From assembly GCF_902459465.1 (NCBI RefSeq), contig NC_047083.1, forward strand, positions 8,556,001 to 8,620,000: a stretch of DNA of 64,000 nucleotides. The letters are read 5' to 3'. Positions 36,017 through 49,400 of the stretch are shown here, in pieces (position 1 is the first letter of the stretch; every line of letters starts with the position of its first letter). The notes under the pieces were generated by a model. It searched no databases, had not been told where the DNA came from, and saw nothing but the letters and a program-made list of their open reading frames with translations. The stretch is from Asterias rubens (lineage: Eukaryota). Position numbers and translations under genes: made by a program.

Positions 36017-37101
36017 TTTTAAGCCACAATCTTGGACGAAAATGTCATGAAACAAAAACCCACACACGAGGATTTCGACACCTGTAGCGCGCCCTCTCGC
36101 AAAACCAGCCGCTAACTGAGTCTAGCGCCCTCATTTGATCAAAAGTAGTAATAATTCGCGCGCATTTGGTGCACGCGTCACGCACGTCAGTACAGTGTGA
36201 TGTCATAAAGACTTTTTGAAATCTATGACAACTTAAAAAGAAAACATTATCAAACAAACAAAACAATCGCTCAACAGTCTAGTTATTCAAACAAACATAG
36301 GGAATAATGTTCATTCCATTCAACATCATAGAGAGAAGAAGGACACCAACTCTTAAAAACGTGAGTAGACCTACACAACTCTTTGACGATTATGCTAAAA
36401 TTGTATAGGTGTTCTTTATTTATTCACATCATCTACTTCGGTACCATGCATGACAAAGTCCTTCAGGGCAGTCAGGATGTAAACGCCAAGGATAGCTGCT
36501 AATGTGCGGTGCCAAGTGTTGCAGGTGCATTTTATTGTGTACAAGGTGCAAGTAAAAGTTGGGAGGTAGCTAAAAAAAGTTTGCTCCAACCAACCGCCCC
36601 CTTCAAGACCCGATGGATGGGAGCTTGAGGATCTGGCTTGGGAGGGCATTCCAACATGCATGGCATTACACGGCCAGAGAGGCTTACTGGCTATGAACTC
36701 TGTTTCCCTTATCACAAAGTACCATATAATGAACGGTGCCGTGCCAAGTTTTGCTGACCATTTATTTTGCAAAAATGATGGAAAACAGCAAAATGTGATT
36801 GATTGAAGAAAGCACATTAATTCTGCTGCCACTTTTTGCTCTTTCTAATATTTTTTTTTATTACTATACGGGGGAAAGACAGAGCTGACGAACAAACAAA
36901 ATAACTTGAAGAATTTCCTGAAGACGAGCAGAGTATAGGCCTACACTGTTCGAAACGTCGAGACCAAACCGGCTCTTCTCAGAGCCAACACAAAAGATAT
37001 TTTTCACATGGTTGGTTGTACCCGGAAGTTGGCTATTTATTTACAGTTTTCTTCATTAAAAAAAAACTTTTACCCGTTTGTATTGCATCAGACGGCCGAC
37101 A

Positions 37102-40100
37102 ATGCCAAACAGTTCTGCAAACTACAATCTTGTTGCCATTGGAGACGATGGAGTCTGGATGAAACTTGGACGTGAAATCTCAAAGATTGATAGATGCCGT
37201 CTGCTCAGAGTAAGGACGGTTAGATTAACATCCTTAGCGTCCATTGGGTGCGTTCGAGGTGCTCAGCAGAGCGGCAACGGACATAAGAAGTATTAATAGA
37301 TGTGCAAGTCTCGCGCATTATTCGACATTAGCCTTTTCGAGGGATGGCGGACACTACAGGAATGCACTGTTTGGTTTGGGTGTATACATTTACCCAAACC
37401 AAATAGTGTAAAAATTATGTATGGCCGGGTTCACTCATGGAGAATGGTTCAGCATACCTCAAAAATAACATGTTCCAAACGTCCATCGATTTTATAAGGC
37501 GTTTGCGTAGAAAACAAAAGCCCTTTTCACACGACACTGCAAACTAGGGTCATTGGTCCCCGGTGCCAGTTGTCTTGACCAAGGCAATGGTCAAACTCAA
37601 ACAGGACCTTTCACACGGCGCAGAAACCAACATCCCGTGTCTCAGAACATTCGTCTTTTGTGGTGCTAAAGGTCAACATTGTAATCGTCCATTTCACTGA
37701 TCTGCATCGCCAACGTATGTACCAAACATTTTCCTGCCTGCACTGTCGTGAATCGACGGCCCCTAAAAAAAAGATTTGTTTTTGGACGAAGAATGAACAT
37801 GTAGTTGTGATATCTCAACGATTTCATGCTCAACACTGAAAACTTGCTCTCTTGAAGGAGTCGTGCACACACGTTCTCATGAACATGCTCAAAGGTTTAA
37901 CGTTATCGTATAACGGGGTCGAACATCTTTATTTTCTTGCACCATGTGTTTCTTCTTGCGCGCATGCGTGGTAGCTCCAGCCACACCAGGGTCCTTCGTT
38001 ACCCAAGCAATGTTCATTCACACAGCACACACGGACGATCGTGGTATAATTTTCACAACTTTGTGTTTTTAAGACGGAGGTCTGGACCTTGGTCTTAAAA
38101 AGACCAGGGACCTGTGCCTATTTAAGCAGAGGTACCTTTCATACGATGTAGATTTAACAACGTTGTGTTCTTATGACCAAGGACCCCCTGTTTATTTTCC
38201 TCGTGTGAAAAGGCCTAAACTGGCCCAGTCTAAAGTAACGGGACTCATGATCTGAATACGCTCGTATACTTTTGTCAAGGCCTTGGTAGCTTGGAGAGCC
38301 CGCGATCAAAAGCGAGAGACGTTCTAGTCTATATGGATCGCGGCTCTCTCAAGCCGCAAAGGTCTTGACAAAACAAAAGGCTGACAAGCTCAAGACTTGC
38401 GTGGTCTATCTTTTGCGTCCATCGGACATCCGATCGGAACTACTTTCAGGAGTACACAATGGACTCTGAAATGTTATTGTATTCGGAGAATGCCACGTGC
38501 GACAAAGCCCTATTAAGCTGTGTTTGTGGTGTTTTGAAATATTTCAGATACCCAACTCGTTAAACCCATACTCCATTTGCGACAAGTACCAGTCTAGAGC
38601 CATCTTTCTCTTGCCGGACGCCATTAAAGTATACCAAGGAGCGTGCTGCACGTGGGTACAAAGGCTCAGGTAAAGCTAGTTACTGTCTCTTGTTATATTA
38701 TATTCACAGGAGAATGAGAATTGGGATATTATGTTCCACCTCAGCAGGTTAAGAAAGCTCTCACGACGACGACGCAATGACGACAGCGGCGACAACGACG
38801 ACGACGACAACAACAACACCAACCAGCAAAATGAAATCAAACTATTAAATGTTATTCATAATAAGAAAAATATCAATAAACAATCATGATGTAGCCTCTA
38901 CCTTTAGAAAGGACATGCTGTTGTAAAACAGTTTTTAAAAAAAATACGTTATTTAAAAAAAAAAAAAAAAAACAAGATTGATAACACACTAACTATCATT
39001 GATTTGATTGAATACCTGACTAGATTTGGACTTAATGTGAACACACCTATTATAGCCATCGTGGACGATTCTACAAGGAATAACGGTGAATATTAAATAA
39101 AAGGCAGTGGACACTATTGGTAATTACTCAAAATAATTATAAGCATAAAACCTTTCTTGGTAACGAGTAATGGGGAGAGGTTGGTGGTATAAAACATTGT
39201 GAGAAACGGCTCCCTCTGAAGTGACATAGTTTTCGAGAAAGAAGTAATTTTCCACGAATTTGATTTCAAGACCTCAGATTTAGAACTTGAGGTCTCGAAA
39301 TCAACCATCTAAACGCACACAACTTCGTTTGACAAGGGTGTTTTTTCTTTCATTAATATCTCGCAAGTTCGATGACCGATTGAGCTCAAATTTTCACAGG
39401 GTTGTTATTTTATGCTTATGTTGAGATACACCAAATGAGAAGGCTAGTCTTTGACAATTACCAATAGTGTCCACTGCCTTTAAGCCGAAACATTTTTTTA
39501 TGTTTACTCTAATTGGACGCAAGCCCAAAATCGACATTGGCGACCAATGTAGCCGAAAGTAGCTTGAATCCAAACAACAATATTTAGCAGTCACAAAAGG
39601 CACCACAAGACTAATACTGATCATTCTTGCGAGATATTTTGACCTTTGGACATGTTCCATCGATGAAAGTACTTTTTGCTAGCCTTTTGTCAAGGCTTTT
39701 GTGGCTCGGAGAGCCGCGGGGACGGGAGACCACGAATCGAGTGGCGTATCATCGTGCAATGCTTCGCCACTCGCGTGCGTGATCTCCCGTTCCATTCGCT
39801 TGGGATCGTAGACTTGATTCAAGTCCCGTTCTCGTGCGAGAGGTCCCTAAGCATGCCCGCAGTCAAAATGTAGCTATCGTGGTCCCGATAATGCGTGTGG
39901 AACAGGTTGGGGAATGCAGAGCATCACAAAACAATAGTTTTCTGGCGATGGCATGGGATTGGGACTTGAGTCAAGTCTACTGGGATCGCGGCTCTCCAAG
40001 CCACGCTTGGCATTGACAAAAGGCTAACCTTTTGCATAATGACGCCCTCTAAGTCCAAATAAATGTTCATGAAGATCGTATACCATAGGCTGGAAACCGT

Positions 40101-42730
40101 TTGCAGCGCGTTTCCCGTGTGCACGTTTCCATCGTTTGACGTCAAAATTGCGGCCCATGTACGACCCATCGTGTTACAAAACTATTGTTTGCCATCGTAT
40201 AAACCTAGTTTTCTATTAAGTAACCTTCGTTTGTGCTTCAACTCCTACTCATCATCTGTCGTATTTTTTTTTTTTTTTTTTTATTTCGTCAACACCCGGA
40301 CCGGAAAACAGAGGAGGAAATACAACAATTGATGCAACTCAACGTCATCAACTGGATCATGACGTCACAGGAGCTACAAGCCGTGCACATCGTACGGGTT
40401 TTGTACCGATGTGAGACAGTGATCCGGCGGTGTCTTGAGACTTCGGCCGGAATGATCGTTCGGCACGGAACCCGAAGGATTGCTTATCTCCGGAACGCCG
40501 GAAGAACCAGCAATACTGGCACTTCGTATCCGATGGTAGAGCAGTCAGAAGGTATGGCTGAATAGAAAATAGGCCCCAATTTCAATGTCTCTGCTTCTTA
40601 CCGTAGGCAAAGATTCAGGGCATTTTTTGAGGAGACAGATTAATTTAACAACGTCAAAAAAGTTTTTTTTTTTACATAGCCTTATTAAACACACTGGACA
40701 CTAATGGTAATGTCAAATACCAGTCTTCTCACTTGTTGTATCTCAACATAATAATGCATAAAATAACAAACCTGTGAAAATTTGAGCTCGATTGGTCGTC
40801 GGAGATGCGATATAATAATGAAATAAAAAACGAAGTTGTGTGCTTTCAGATGCTTGATTTAGAGACCTCAAATTCTAAATGTATGAGGTCTCGAAATCAA
40901 ATTCTTGAAAAATTACCTCTTTCTCGAAAACTATGGCACTTCAGAGGGGGCCGTTTCTCACGATGTTTTTGCATTTTTACCAACCTCTCCCCATTACTCG
41001 TTGCCAAGTGAGGTTTTATGATGATAATTATTTTGAGTAATTACCAATAGTGTCCACTGCCTTTAATTGATTCTGCCATCGCACACAGAGAAAAGGCTGA
41101 GTGCAAAATGGCGCAAAATTGTGGGTTAATACTGTTATAGGCAAAAAAAAAATGAACGATAATAATGATGGTTAGTGGTTGTTGTTTTGACAGCAGAACA
41201 AACGGGAGAATTATTCCGTGGCAAACGAAGCCATCATGTAACTGATGAGACTGAACATAATCCGAAGAGAAGCAAACTTGAAGGTATGATTATTGGAATC
41301 TCAACAATTATATTATTATTTTACTGTTGTTGTCTATATTTTAACCTGTTACAAAAGTTGTACGAAGGAAGAAATACTCTATGGTAGAAAATGACCACAT
41401 TGTTAAATTAATTCGCAAGATTTGGTTTTCAAAAGAAAGGTACAAAGGGGCATGCAAATTATTTTTTATGGACTTCTAAAGCTGGATCTGGTGTAGTGAT
41501 GCATAATGATGACGACTTCGCTATAAAACCTGCTTTCTCACTGACATTCGCCTTTTTCGAAACCACGCCTTCGGCTTTGGATTCGGCTTCAGGCTTCGTT
41601 CTCTCGTCTGAAGCCCTGGGCATGTAAAACACACGCAGTTAAAACAACCGCGGGGGCCTAGCTAGACTTGATTCAAGTCCCATTCTCGTGTGAGAGGTCC
41701 CTAAGCATTATACACCCAAACTTACTATCAAACAACCCGTAGCATACACAGTACGTGCTGCGCGCTCGCCGTCAAAATGCTGAACAGGTTTTGGAATGCA
41801 GAGCATCACAAAACAGTATTTTCATGGGGATGGCACGGGATTGGGACTTAAAGACACTGGACACTATTGGTAATTGTCAAAGACCAGTCTACCCGCTGGC
41901 TGTATCTCAACATATGCATAAAATACCATTTGAGCTCAATTGGTTGTCAAGGTTGCGAGATAAAACACCATTGTCACACGTGTGCTTTCAGATGCTTGAT
42001 TTCGAGACCTCAAGTTCTAAATCTGTGGTCTCGAAATCAAATTCGTGGAAAATTACTTCTTTCTCGAAAACTACTCCACTTCAGAGGGAGCCGTTTCCCA
42101 CAACCTCTACCCATTACCCGTTACCAAGTAGGTTTTATGCTAATAATTATTTTGAGTAATTACCAATACTGTCCACTGCCTTTAAGTCAAGTCTAGGGTC
42201 TAGCTAGCCTGAGGGGCCGAATCTGGAGCCGACGCTGTGGATTCGAATAGGGCCGGATTCGAAAATGAGCAACACCTGCAGTATTTTCATATTTAGCTAT
42301 TAATTGTGTACTTTTTGTTATAATCTGCTGCATAGGCAAAACCGATGAACAACATTCATCATTGGTGCCGTCGGAAACAAGTTCACTCCAGTCGACACTA
42401 GAACCAAACTCGACACTGAAACCAATCTCGACATCGGAACAAGAGTATTCTAAGTCGACTTCAACACCAAACTCATCGAAGTGGATGGTTGGACGCAGCT
42501 CGACATTCTCGATACCGGAAATAGTTTCACCACGGTCGACATCATCGAATGCATCACATGCTCAAATGACGTCATTGCCGACTGTCGGACAATGTACTGC
42601 GCATGTCAAAAGAGGTGCCAGCGACATTATGCTGAAGAACCGTCAGCACAATTTTATCAATACCGTTACTGCTCAGGCGCAGTCGGAAATTGCCGGAACA
42701 AATTACACGTCTGCATCCTTGACCAATTGA
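37102..42730 (+). CDS. Hypothetical orphan multi-exon ORF (~330 aa) divergent from EIF3M; may be a pseudogene or lncRNA
   Basis: Candidate exons 37102-37209, 38548-38669, 38710-38747, 40312-40551, 41194-41283, 42336-42730 join GT-AG in one frame. No recognised homology; one intron is only 40 nt and one donor is weak (GTTAAG). Confidence 0.3.
37520..38216. mobile_element. TIR element with GCCCTTTTCACACG termini (Harbinger-like)
   Basis: GCCCTTTTCACACGA..TCGTGTGAAAAGGCC; related GTGTGAAAAGG ends at about 32660-32730. Confidence 0.5.
39680..40026. mobile_element. Nested MULE-like MITEs (outer TAGCCTTTTGTCAA; inner TAGACTTGA at 39809-39979)
   Basis: Outer TSD ACTTTTTGC/ACCTTTTGC; inner TSD TTGGGATCG/CTGGGATCG. 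A shorter relative of the outer element without the insert is at about 38266-38383; a free inner element is at 41663-42195. Confidence 0.8.
41663..42195. mobile_element. TAGACTTGA MULE-like MITE interrupted by a Kolobok-type MITE
   Basis: TSD GGGCCTAGC/GGGTCTAGC; insertion 41852-42181 at a TTAA inside the right TIR. Confidence 0.8.
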
Positions 42731-43912
42731 GTCAAAAAGTTTTATTCATAATTTTGTTAGGAAACACAAATTGCTATTGAGAATACTGGTTTTTGACAAT
42801 GTGTCCAGTGTCTTTGAACTTGTCTGACTATTTTTCGCTCTTTAATTGTCCTCACAAATCCTCAGGGATACTATTATAGGAGCACACCTTTATCGGGACG
42901 ATCAAAGAGAGCTAGTCTCCCGAGGAGAACGGAGGAGCTCAATAACAAACTAGACACCGCAGTGATGTATCTATCACGTGTCCGTAAACTCCTTGACGTG
43001 GAGACTAATCGGCAAATGTGATGACGGCAGTGTAACAAGAAAATAATGATTAGGAGTGCTAGTGGGGGCGGGGCTCAGACAGAAGATCAAATGAAGAGAA
43101 AGGGATGAAAAACAGCAAACGTTTGAAGACACAATGTGCCATTAGTTAGGCTAGTTGGATTAAGTGTTTCAAAACAATTGTTTCGCGCATTAAAGCCATT
43201 ATACACTTGCGGTACAGAAAAGAAATCACAGATTTACAAATAATTTACAGGGTTTACAGAAGGTAATGGTGAAAGACTTCTCTTGAAATATTATTCAATG
43301 AAATGCTTTGCTTTTTGAGAAAACATTAAAACAATATCAAATCTAGATAGCGAGAATTACGGATTTATTTTAAACACATGTCACGACACGGCGAAACGTG
43401 CGGAAACAAGAGTGGGTTTTCCCGTTATTTTCTCCCGACTCCGATGACCGATTGAGCCTAAAATAATTTTCACAGGTTTGTTATTTTATATGTTGTGATA
43501 CACGAAGTGTGGGACTTGGACAATACTGATTACCAAAAGTGTATAATGGCTTTATTAAACAATACTCCCAGACCTGTGACTTAATTATCGCACCATCTTA
43601 TTTCAACCTCCAGGACACGTGTCTTTAGACATGCATAATATTATACGTAACTTTTGCACTGGCTTTGGCCATTATGCTGCTGAGAGGGGTCGCATGCAAA
43701 TGTAGTTTTGTTTTGCACAAAAAGGACTTAAATTCCTACGTTACGTAAACCTGTTCTGCGTGTCTTTCCTATTTGTAACGCTTGAGTCATCACGGTATTT
43801 AAGCATGCCCTCTGGCCAACCCCCTTCACTTCAGGCTCATGCACAACTGATGCTGTTTCGCTGTTCACACTCTTGTTGCTCTTATACTATAATAACCTAC
43901 ATTTTCGAGATT

Positions 43913-44274
43913 ATGTCGACCGATGAGACTAGACACATTGATACTGCTGGAGTATTCGAAAAATTTAAACATTATACTTTGATGAGCGTTTCGACGCTAT
44001 TTCCATCCCGAAACCGGAATCGACCTCCATTAAAGAACTCGGAAACAAACTCGAGGCCAAGGAGTTTGAGAAGCCAGGCAAAATTGAACAGTTTGAGTTC
44101 TGCGGGAAGATAGAAATAACCTTGGAGAAGGCTAAGCTGGCCGTGATCAACAAGGCTGGGGAACTTGAGGACCAAGACGCCGCAATTGAAGCGCTTCTGA
44201 AAGCCGAGGAGCTAGTCGCCGAGGAGCCGGAGAACAGAAAACGAAAGAGACGCAATCCAAAATGTTTACACTAA
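43913..44274 (+). pseudogene. Decayed DIRS-like (tyrosine-recombinase retrotransposon) gag/ORF1 fragment
   Basis: With one 2-nt frameshift near 43975 it reads MSTDETRHIDTAGVFEKFKHYFDERFDAISIPK..KEFEKPGKIEQFEFCGKIEITLEKA..AIEALLKAEELVAE. This resembles the recalled FKxKGNxxQFEFNxKI..EGxxLxxxR pattern of invertebrate DIRS ORF1. Confidence 0.45.
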
Positions 44275-45539
44275 GACTACTCCTGCTGACCGGCGTCTTT
44301 TTCGAGGTACACGTATCTTTGGCATTCAGCTTGCATCCCCGTGCATGCAAGACTACACCCCATGCTGTCTGAATAAATAAATAATCAATCAATTTAATAT
44401 ATCAGAATATTATTGTACCTTGTGTAATTAATTTCGTGTCTTTTGCGTATTAAACCAAACTGCCAAGCATGTCTACTCGACGACCATTAATTTGAAATAG
44501 CGCCCTCAGTTGCCACTGGTGAGCCACTTTCTGACGTCCCTTTTCATAGTTTTTAGGCTCAAAAACAGAGAAAGGGCGACATTTGATAACGAAAACCTAA
44601 GTTTTTGTTGTGATAAATATTACATGCCTACAGATTAGAATCATAATTGACCCAAAGAACTAATTGATAGATCTAGAAAAGTATCATTCATATTACATAT
44701 TTTTGTATGCACATTAGATGGTCGCTATTTAGCAGACGATAATTCCGCCATATTTATTGCCACATCACACAGGCATTGATTAGTATTCTTCCGCGGGCGA
44801 AGCTTCAAAGAAAAAGTAAATTATTGACCTTAAAGAAACGTGAAAGTAATACACAATTTTAAAATCGTTATGAGAATAAACGATAAAAAAAACCCTTTTA
44901 TTTGAGTAAGGGTTCGTTTCGTTCTTTTTGGATCAAAATAAGTTACAATTCTGAACGCGGATTGATATTAAAGTTTGAATGACCCCGGTTGACCTTTTTT
45001 TTAATTTTTTACTCGGCGGCCAGTGATTTTTTATGAGGTGAGTGTCGACTTGTGTTTCTGTTCGTCGTTCCTCCCCCTCGATTTAGGCCTTTCGTCGTAC
45101 GTGTAACGTTGGTGAGTTGTATTCCATTAACTTGTTAGACAACCTAGGATTTTGGATGAGATTGTACTGTGTTTGGGTGTTTTGTGGGCATTATTTTGTA
45201 CCACTTTGGTGACATTTTACGAGCTTTAAATCGTTTGTTGCATGCCGTACCTACTGTACTGTTCAACAAGTCGGGGCGAGTTCGTTGAGTGAGTCGTTGG
45301 GAGACATCTCGCCCCAGCCAACGAAACTTCTTTCTTGAATTGAAGTTTTTCAAAGAAATTGTCGGCAATTCTGTGGAAAAGGAATGCCCGGACTATCCCC
45401 TAGGGCATGGTGGGTGGGCCTTTTTTTACCAATATTTCCGGGCGGGGAATATTTCCAATATTGATTAATTTCATAAGGTTTATCGCATATAGCAAAATAT
45501 CAAGAGAGGGCCCCGGGCACTGTTGAACCCACACAAAGG

Positions 45540-45615
45540 TATAGGCGTTGCGTGCGCGAGTCAGTCGTACAAAGTGCATAGTAACCGCCCCATATTCCTT
45601 CCCACAATGCAGTGC
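45540..45615 (+). promoter_or_regulatory. Candidate SYCP3 promoter element: Staf/ZNF143 site in a CpG-rich patch
   Basis: TTCCCACAATGCA at 45599-45611 matches the SBS consensus; TAACCG (Myb-type) near 45582. The SYCP3 ATG exon begins with an acceptor at 46436, which implies an upstream UTR exon. Confidence 0.4.
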
Positions 45616-46439
45616 GTTTCTGAATCGCGATAAACCTTTTTGTCATTTTTTCAACTTTTTATTCAATTCATATAGGGGGCCTATTCATTCAATTTTCAAG
45701 AGCTTATTATTTATAACTTTTTGATTACTTTAGTTCTGTTTAGTCTTTGAAACGTGCGGACAAGAGTTTATTATATAGCCAGATTTCAATGGAAGATAAT
45801 TAATTGTGGTACAAAACTAGTTCGCATACAGAAAACAGAGAAGGGAAACGTTTATTTTAGCTTTTTAAAATAGGTTGAAATAGGCCTAAAAATGAGCTGA
45901 AGCATACCTAATTATTTCACTAAAAATTGCGTTACATTTTCATAATCAATTAATTATTAGACCTAGGCCTACTATAATTATATTGGTTAATCTGCAACCC
46001 TACTCCAACCTGGCATTTAGACTTAATCGTGAAATCGACCTAACAATAACAGTTTACGCAAGTGTCATATATTTGTTTCTTCTAACTTAGTATAACAAAA
46101 TAATGTTACTTCTTTTATAAATAAGACTTGTGGACAAGTCGTTAAACGTCTGTTGCGGTGATAGCGTTCCAACTCTCCCCGTGATTCCTGCGACAATGGT
46201 GATGTTCTCGCCATACTGCTGTCCCGTCCTGCAAGACTACTGCTCTTGCACTGTGCAGTCTCATAGTGGAGAGCAGTATTCAATCGCAGAGACCTGAATC
46301 ATTTCGCCAACACCACGGCTCAACTATCACTGCAACAAACATTACGATTTGTCCACAAGTCTACTTAAATAAAAATGCCTTTTAAATCTTCAAAAACTGT
46401 TTATCTCAAAGCTTTGAGTTAGCCCTCACCCACAGCACA

Positions 46440-49400
46440 ATGCCGAGAGCTTCCACATCAGCCAAGAAAAAGCCAGCCGCTCAAACAACTCAAAAGGAAA
46501 GGATCAACCAAGTCTTAGACAAGTTTGATTTTGACGATAATGACGATGACGAAACAAATGAAGACGTAGCTGGAAGCAGTAGAGGTAATACCAGGGTCCA
46601 GGGTCCAGTTAAGCAAGAGCAGTCTTGTTTATAAAGTTGTTCATAATTTGGCCCCAGTATATCTCCAAGACTTTGTAGCCCTTTGTTCATCTTTGTTATT
46701 ACTGGACACCTACCTGTTCTTCCATCGCTCATTTCCAGCTTTCCCTGGGAACCCCTCATTATGACTCGCTATATGGCGATCATGCTTTTTCAGTCATAAC
46801 TCCAGCACTTCGAAAGATCCATGTCGGTAGCTTGTTCCAAATTGGAACAAGTTACCCACATACGTATTTAGCGCTCTATAAATGCTGTAGTTAGCAGTAT
46901 CATTAATGACCAGTGGCAGCGTGAAGTATCAAGCCCCAATCAGCCAACACATCTGTTCCTATATTTATATTTGTAGAAGATGAAACTCCAGCCGTACCTA
47001 AAACCAAGACTGGTAAGAAACGCTTCTACCCGGAAGATGATGATATGGGAGAAGTGCCTCAAGCCAACACCAACTTTGAGTAAGTCAAACAAACATTAAA
47101 GGCAGTGGACACTATTGGTAATCGTCAAAGACTAGCCTTCACAGTTGGTGTATCTCATGATATGCATAAAATAACAAACCTGTGAAAATTTTAGCTAAAT
47201 CGGTCATGGAACTTGCGAGATAGTAATGAAAGAAATAACACCATTGTCACATAAAGTTGTGTGCGTTTAGATGGTTGATTTCGATACCTCAGGTTCTAAA
47301 TCTGAGGTCTCGAAATCAAATTCGTGGAAAATTACTTCTTTCTCGAAAACTATGGCACTTCAGAGGGAGCCGTTTCTCACAATGTTTTATACCATCAACC
47401 TCTCCATATTACTCGTCACCAAGAAAGGTTTTATGCTAATAATTATTTTGAGTAATTACCAATAGTGTCCACTGCCTTTAATTACCAGCCGATCAATTCA
47501 GGTTTCCATTTATTGATAGTAAGAAAAACTAATAATTAACAGTAAACTGGCGGGGGTGAAACAAATCCTCTTTTGAGGGAGTGTTGGCTCTGAAAAGAAA
47601 CGATTCGGTCTCAAAGTTTCGAACAGTATACTCTCCTCGTCTTCAGGGGCAATAACAGTAGTATTTATTTACTGTACACACAAATTTTTGTCATTTGAGT
47701 GGTAAACTATGCGTCATGTGTCATCCTTTATAATAAAGAAAAATATAGAAGTCAATTTTATGGATGATTATAGAACCATTTTGCGGTAATGACGCTACAA
47801 AGATTTTGTCGTTTAGGTGAGGATGTTTCTGAACTTTTGGTAAATTTGTTAAATTTTTATCTTTTTTTTTTTTTGCAGTGGGGAGATGCAGACTATGCTG
47901 GAATCATTTGGAGGTAAATTTATTCAGGTTCCTTAATTTCTAGGAAAATCTACTCCGTGGTAGTAGAATATAAAGCAAGACAATTGTTCCCAAAAGAACA
48001 TAATCTACAAGTAGATGGTGTTATCACAAACCAAATTTAAATATCTTATCACATTTACCTTTAACAAGATTAACACCCTTTCTGAAACAAACAGCCGATA
48101 TGAGGAAGTCACTTGTATCTAAGAAGAAGCGGTTAGAGACATTCACTCAGCAGAGCTTGAAGTCGGCTAACTGTAAGGTGGACAAAATCTGGAAGATGCA
48201 GCAGACAGAAAGGTAAAAATCTAATTTTATTATGAACCAAAGGAGCGTACTGATCAAGCTAATTAATTCAGCCCAATTTGCCGACTGTTTTGTTTTGTTT
48301 TCAGTTTTTTTATGAGAAATTGACAAACATATAACATCACAAAGCGAAGGACGGCCACTTCAAGATGAGAAATCAACCTACTGCCAGGGGGCACAATTCC
48401 TTCTAATCCTGGGGCTGAAACAGGGTTACCCTCTTCGCAGTCTGTAAAAAGGATGTACATTTAGGCAGGGGTATCATCTACAAGGAGCCTGGTGGAGAGA
48501 AAAATGCACTACCTCCCAAAATTTGAATGAAGCTCAACGGCACACAAGTGTCTAGACCGGGATTCGAACCCACACTCTGCTACTGACAACATCGAGCCAT
48601 GGATCTAGTGAATTAGACCACTCTGCGATAACACGCCACCAGTGTTAATGGATTGATGTACTTGCCAAGAAAAGAAGTATGCAATCTGAAGTAGAAATTT
48701 TAGCACATAATTTTAATTAATTTTGATTCACAGGAATCGTTTGCAAGATGAGTACACCAAACAACTTGCCAATGTTCTCGACCAGTGGGAAACCGATGTC
48801 AATAAAGTGAAAGAACAAGAAGAAAAAATGCAGGTAAAACTTCTGAATCACTGGTGAAGTAAACCAAAAAAGTCATTGGGTTTTTGTATTTTGGTGAATC
48901 AAAAGCAGAATATTCATCAGTTTTCAATTCAAGCAACCTTTTCAACCAAAATTTCTTTGATTCTGAACAAAGGAAAAATTTACTATAGTGGGAGTTGTGA
49001 CTCAAGATTAACATGCCTATAGATGCTGTACTAACTGTATAACAATTTTAATGTTGAAAGCTTTATATGCAGAAACTCATTCACAATAATGTACAAATAA
49101 TCGCAAGACTTCTGTTGTTGTTTGACCACTAAAGATTTCTCTAATTTTGAACCAACTTTAATACCTCACTGTGTGCAAATATCTCCTCTCCCTGATTTAT
49201 AGGTAGTCTTTCGTCAACAACAGAAACTGTTCCAGCAATCACGAATCACTATGTCACAACGACTCAAAACAATCAGACAGCTGTTTGACCAGTACTCCAA
49301 GGTAACTAAGGCCATATCTGAATTGCAGTCAACAGCTATGGCTACGGCTGTTGCAAAGGCTGATTTTGGGGGTCTCCCTATTTTATCAGAATCTTTGTTT

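Noticed and set aside
36416-36832. 138-aa minus-strand ORF upstream of EIF3M
   Set aside because: No recognisable domain. An alternative frame has WNALPSQILKLPS, typical of a decayed LINE C-terminus, so it is probably a retrotransposon relic.
37120-37170. YNLVAIGDDGVWMK resembling a small-GTPase P-loop or a death-domain WxxLGR motif
   Set aside because: GKS/T is absent, no later G-boxes follow, and the death-domain helices are not evident.
38745-38830. Asp/Asn-rich or Thr-rich coding stretch (GAC/AAC repeats)
   Set aside because: A degenerate trinucleotide microsatellite; it is open in several frames by composition alone.
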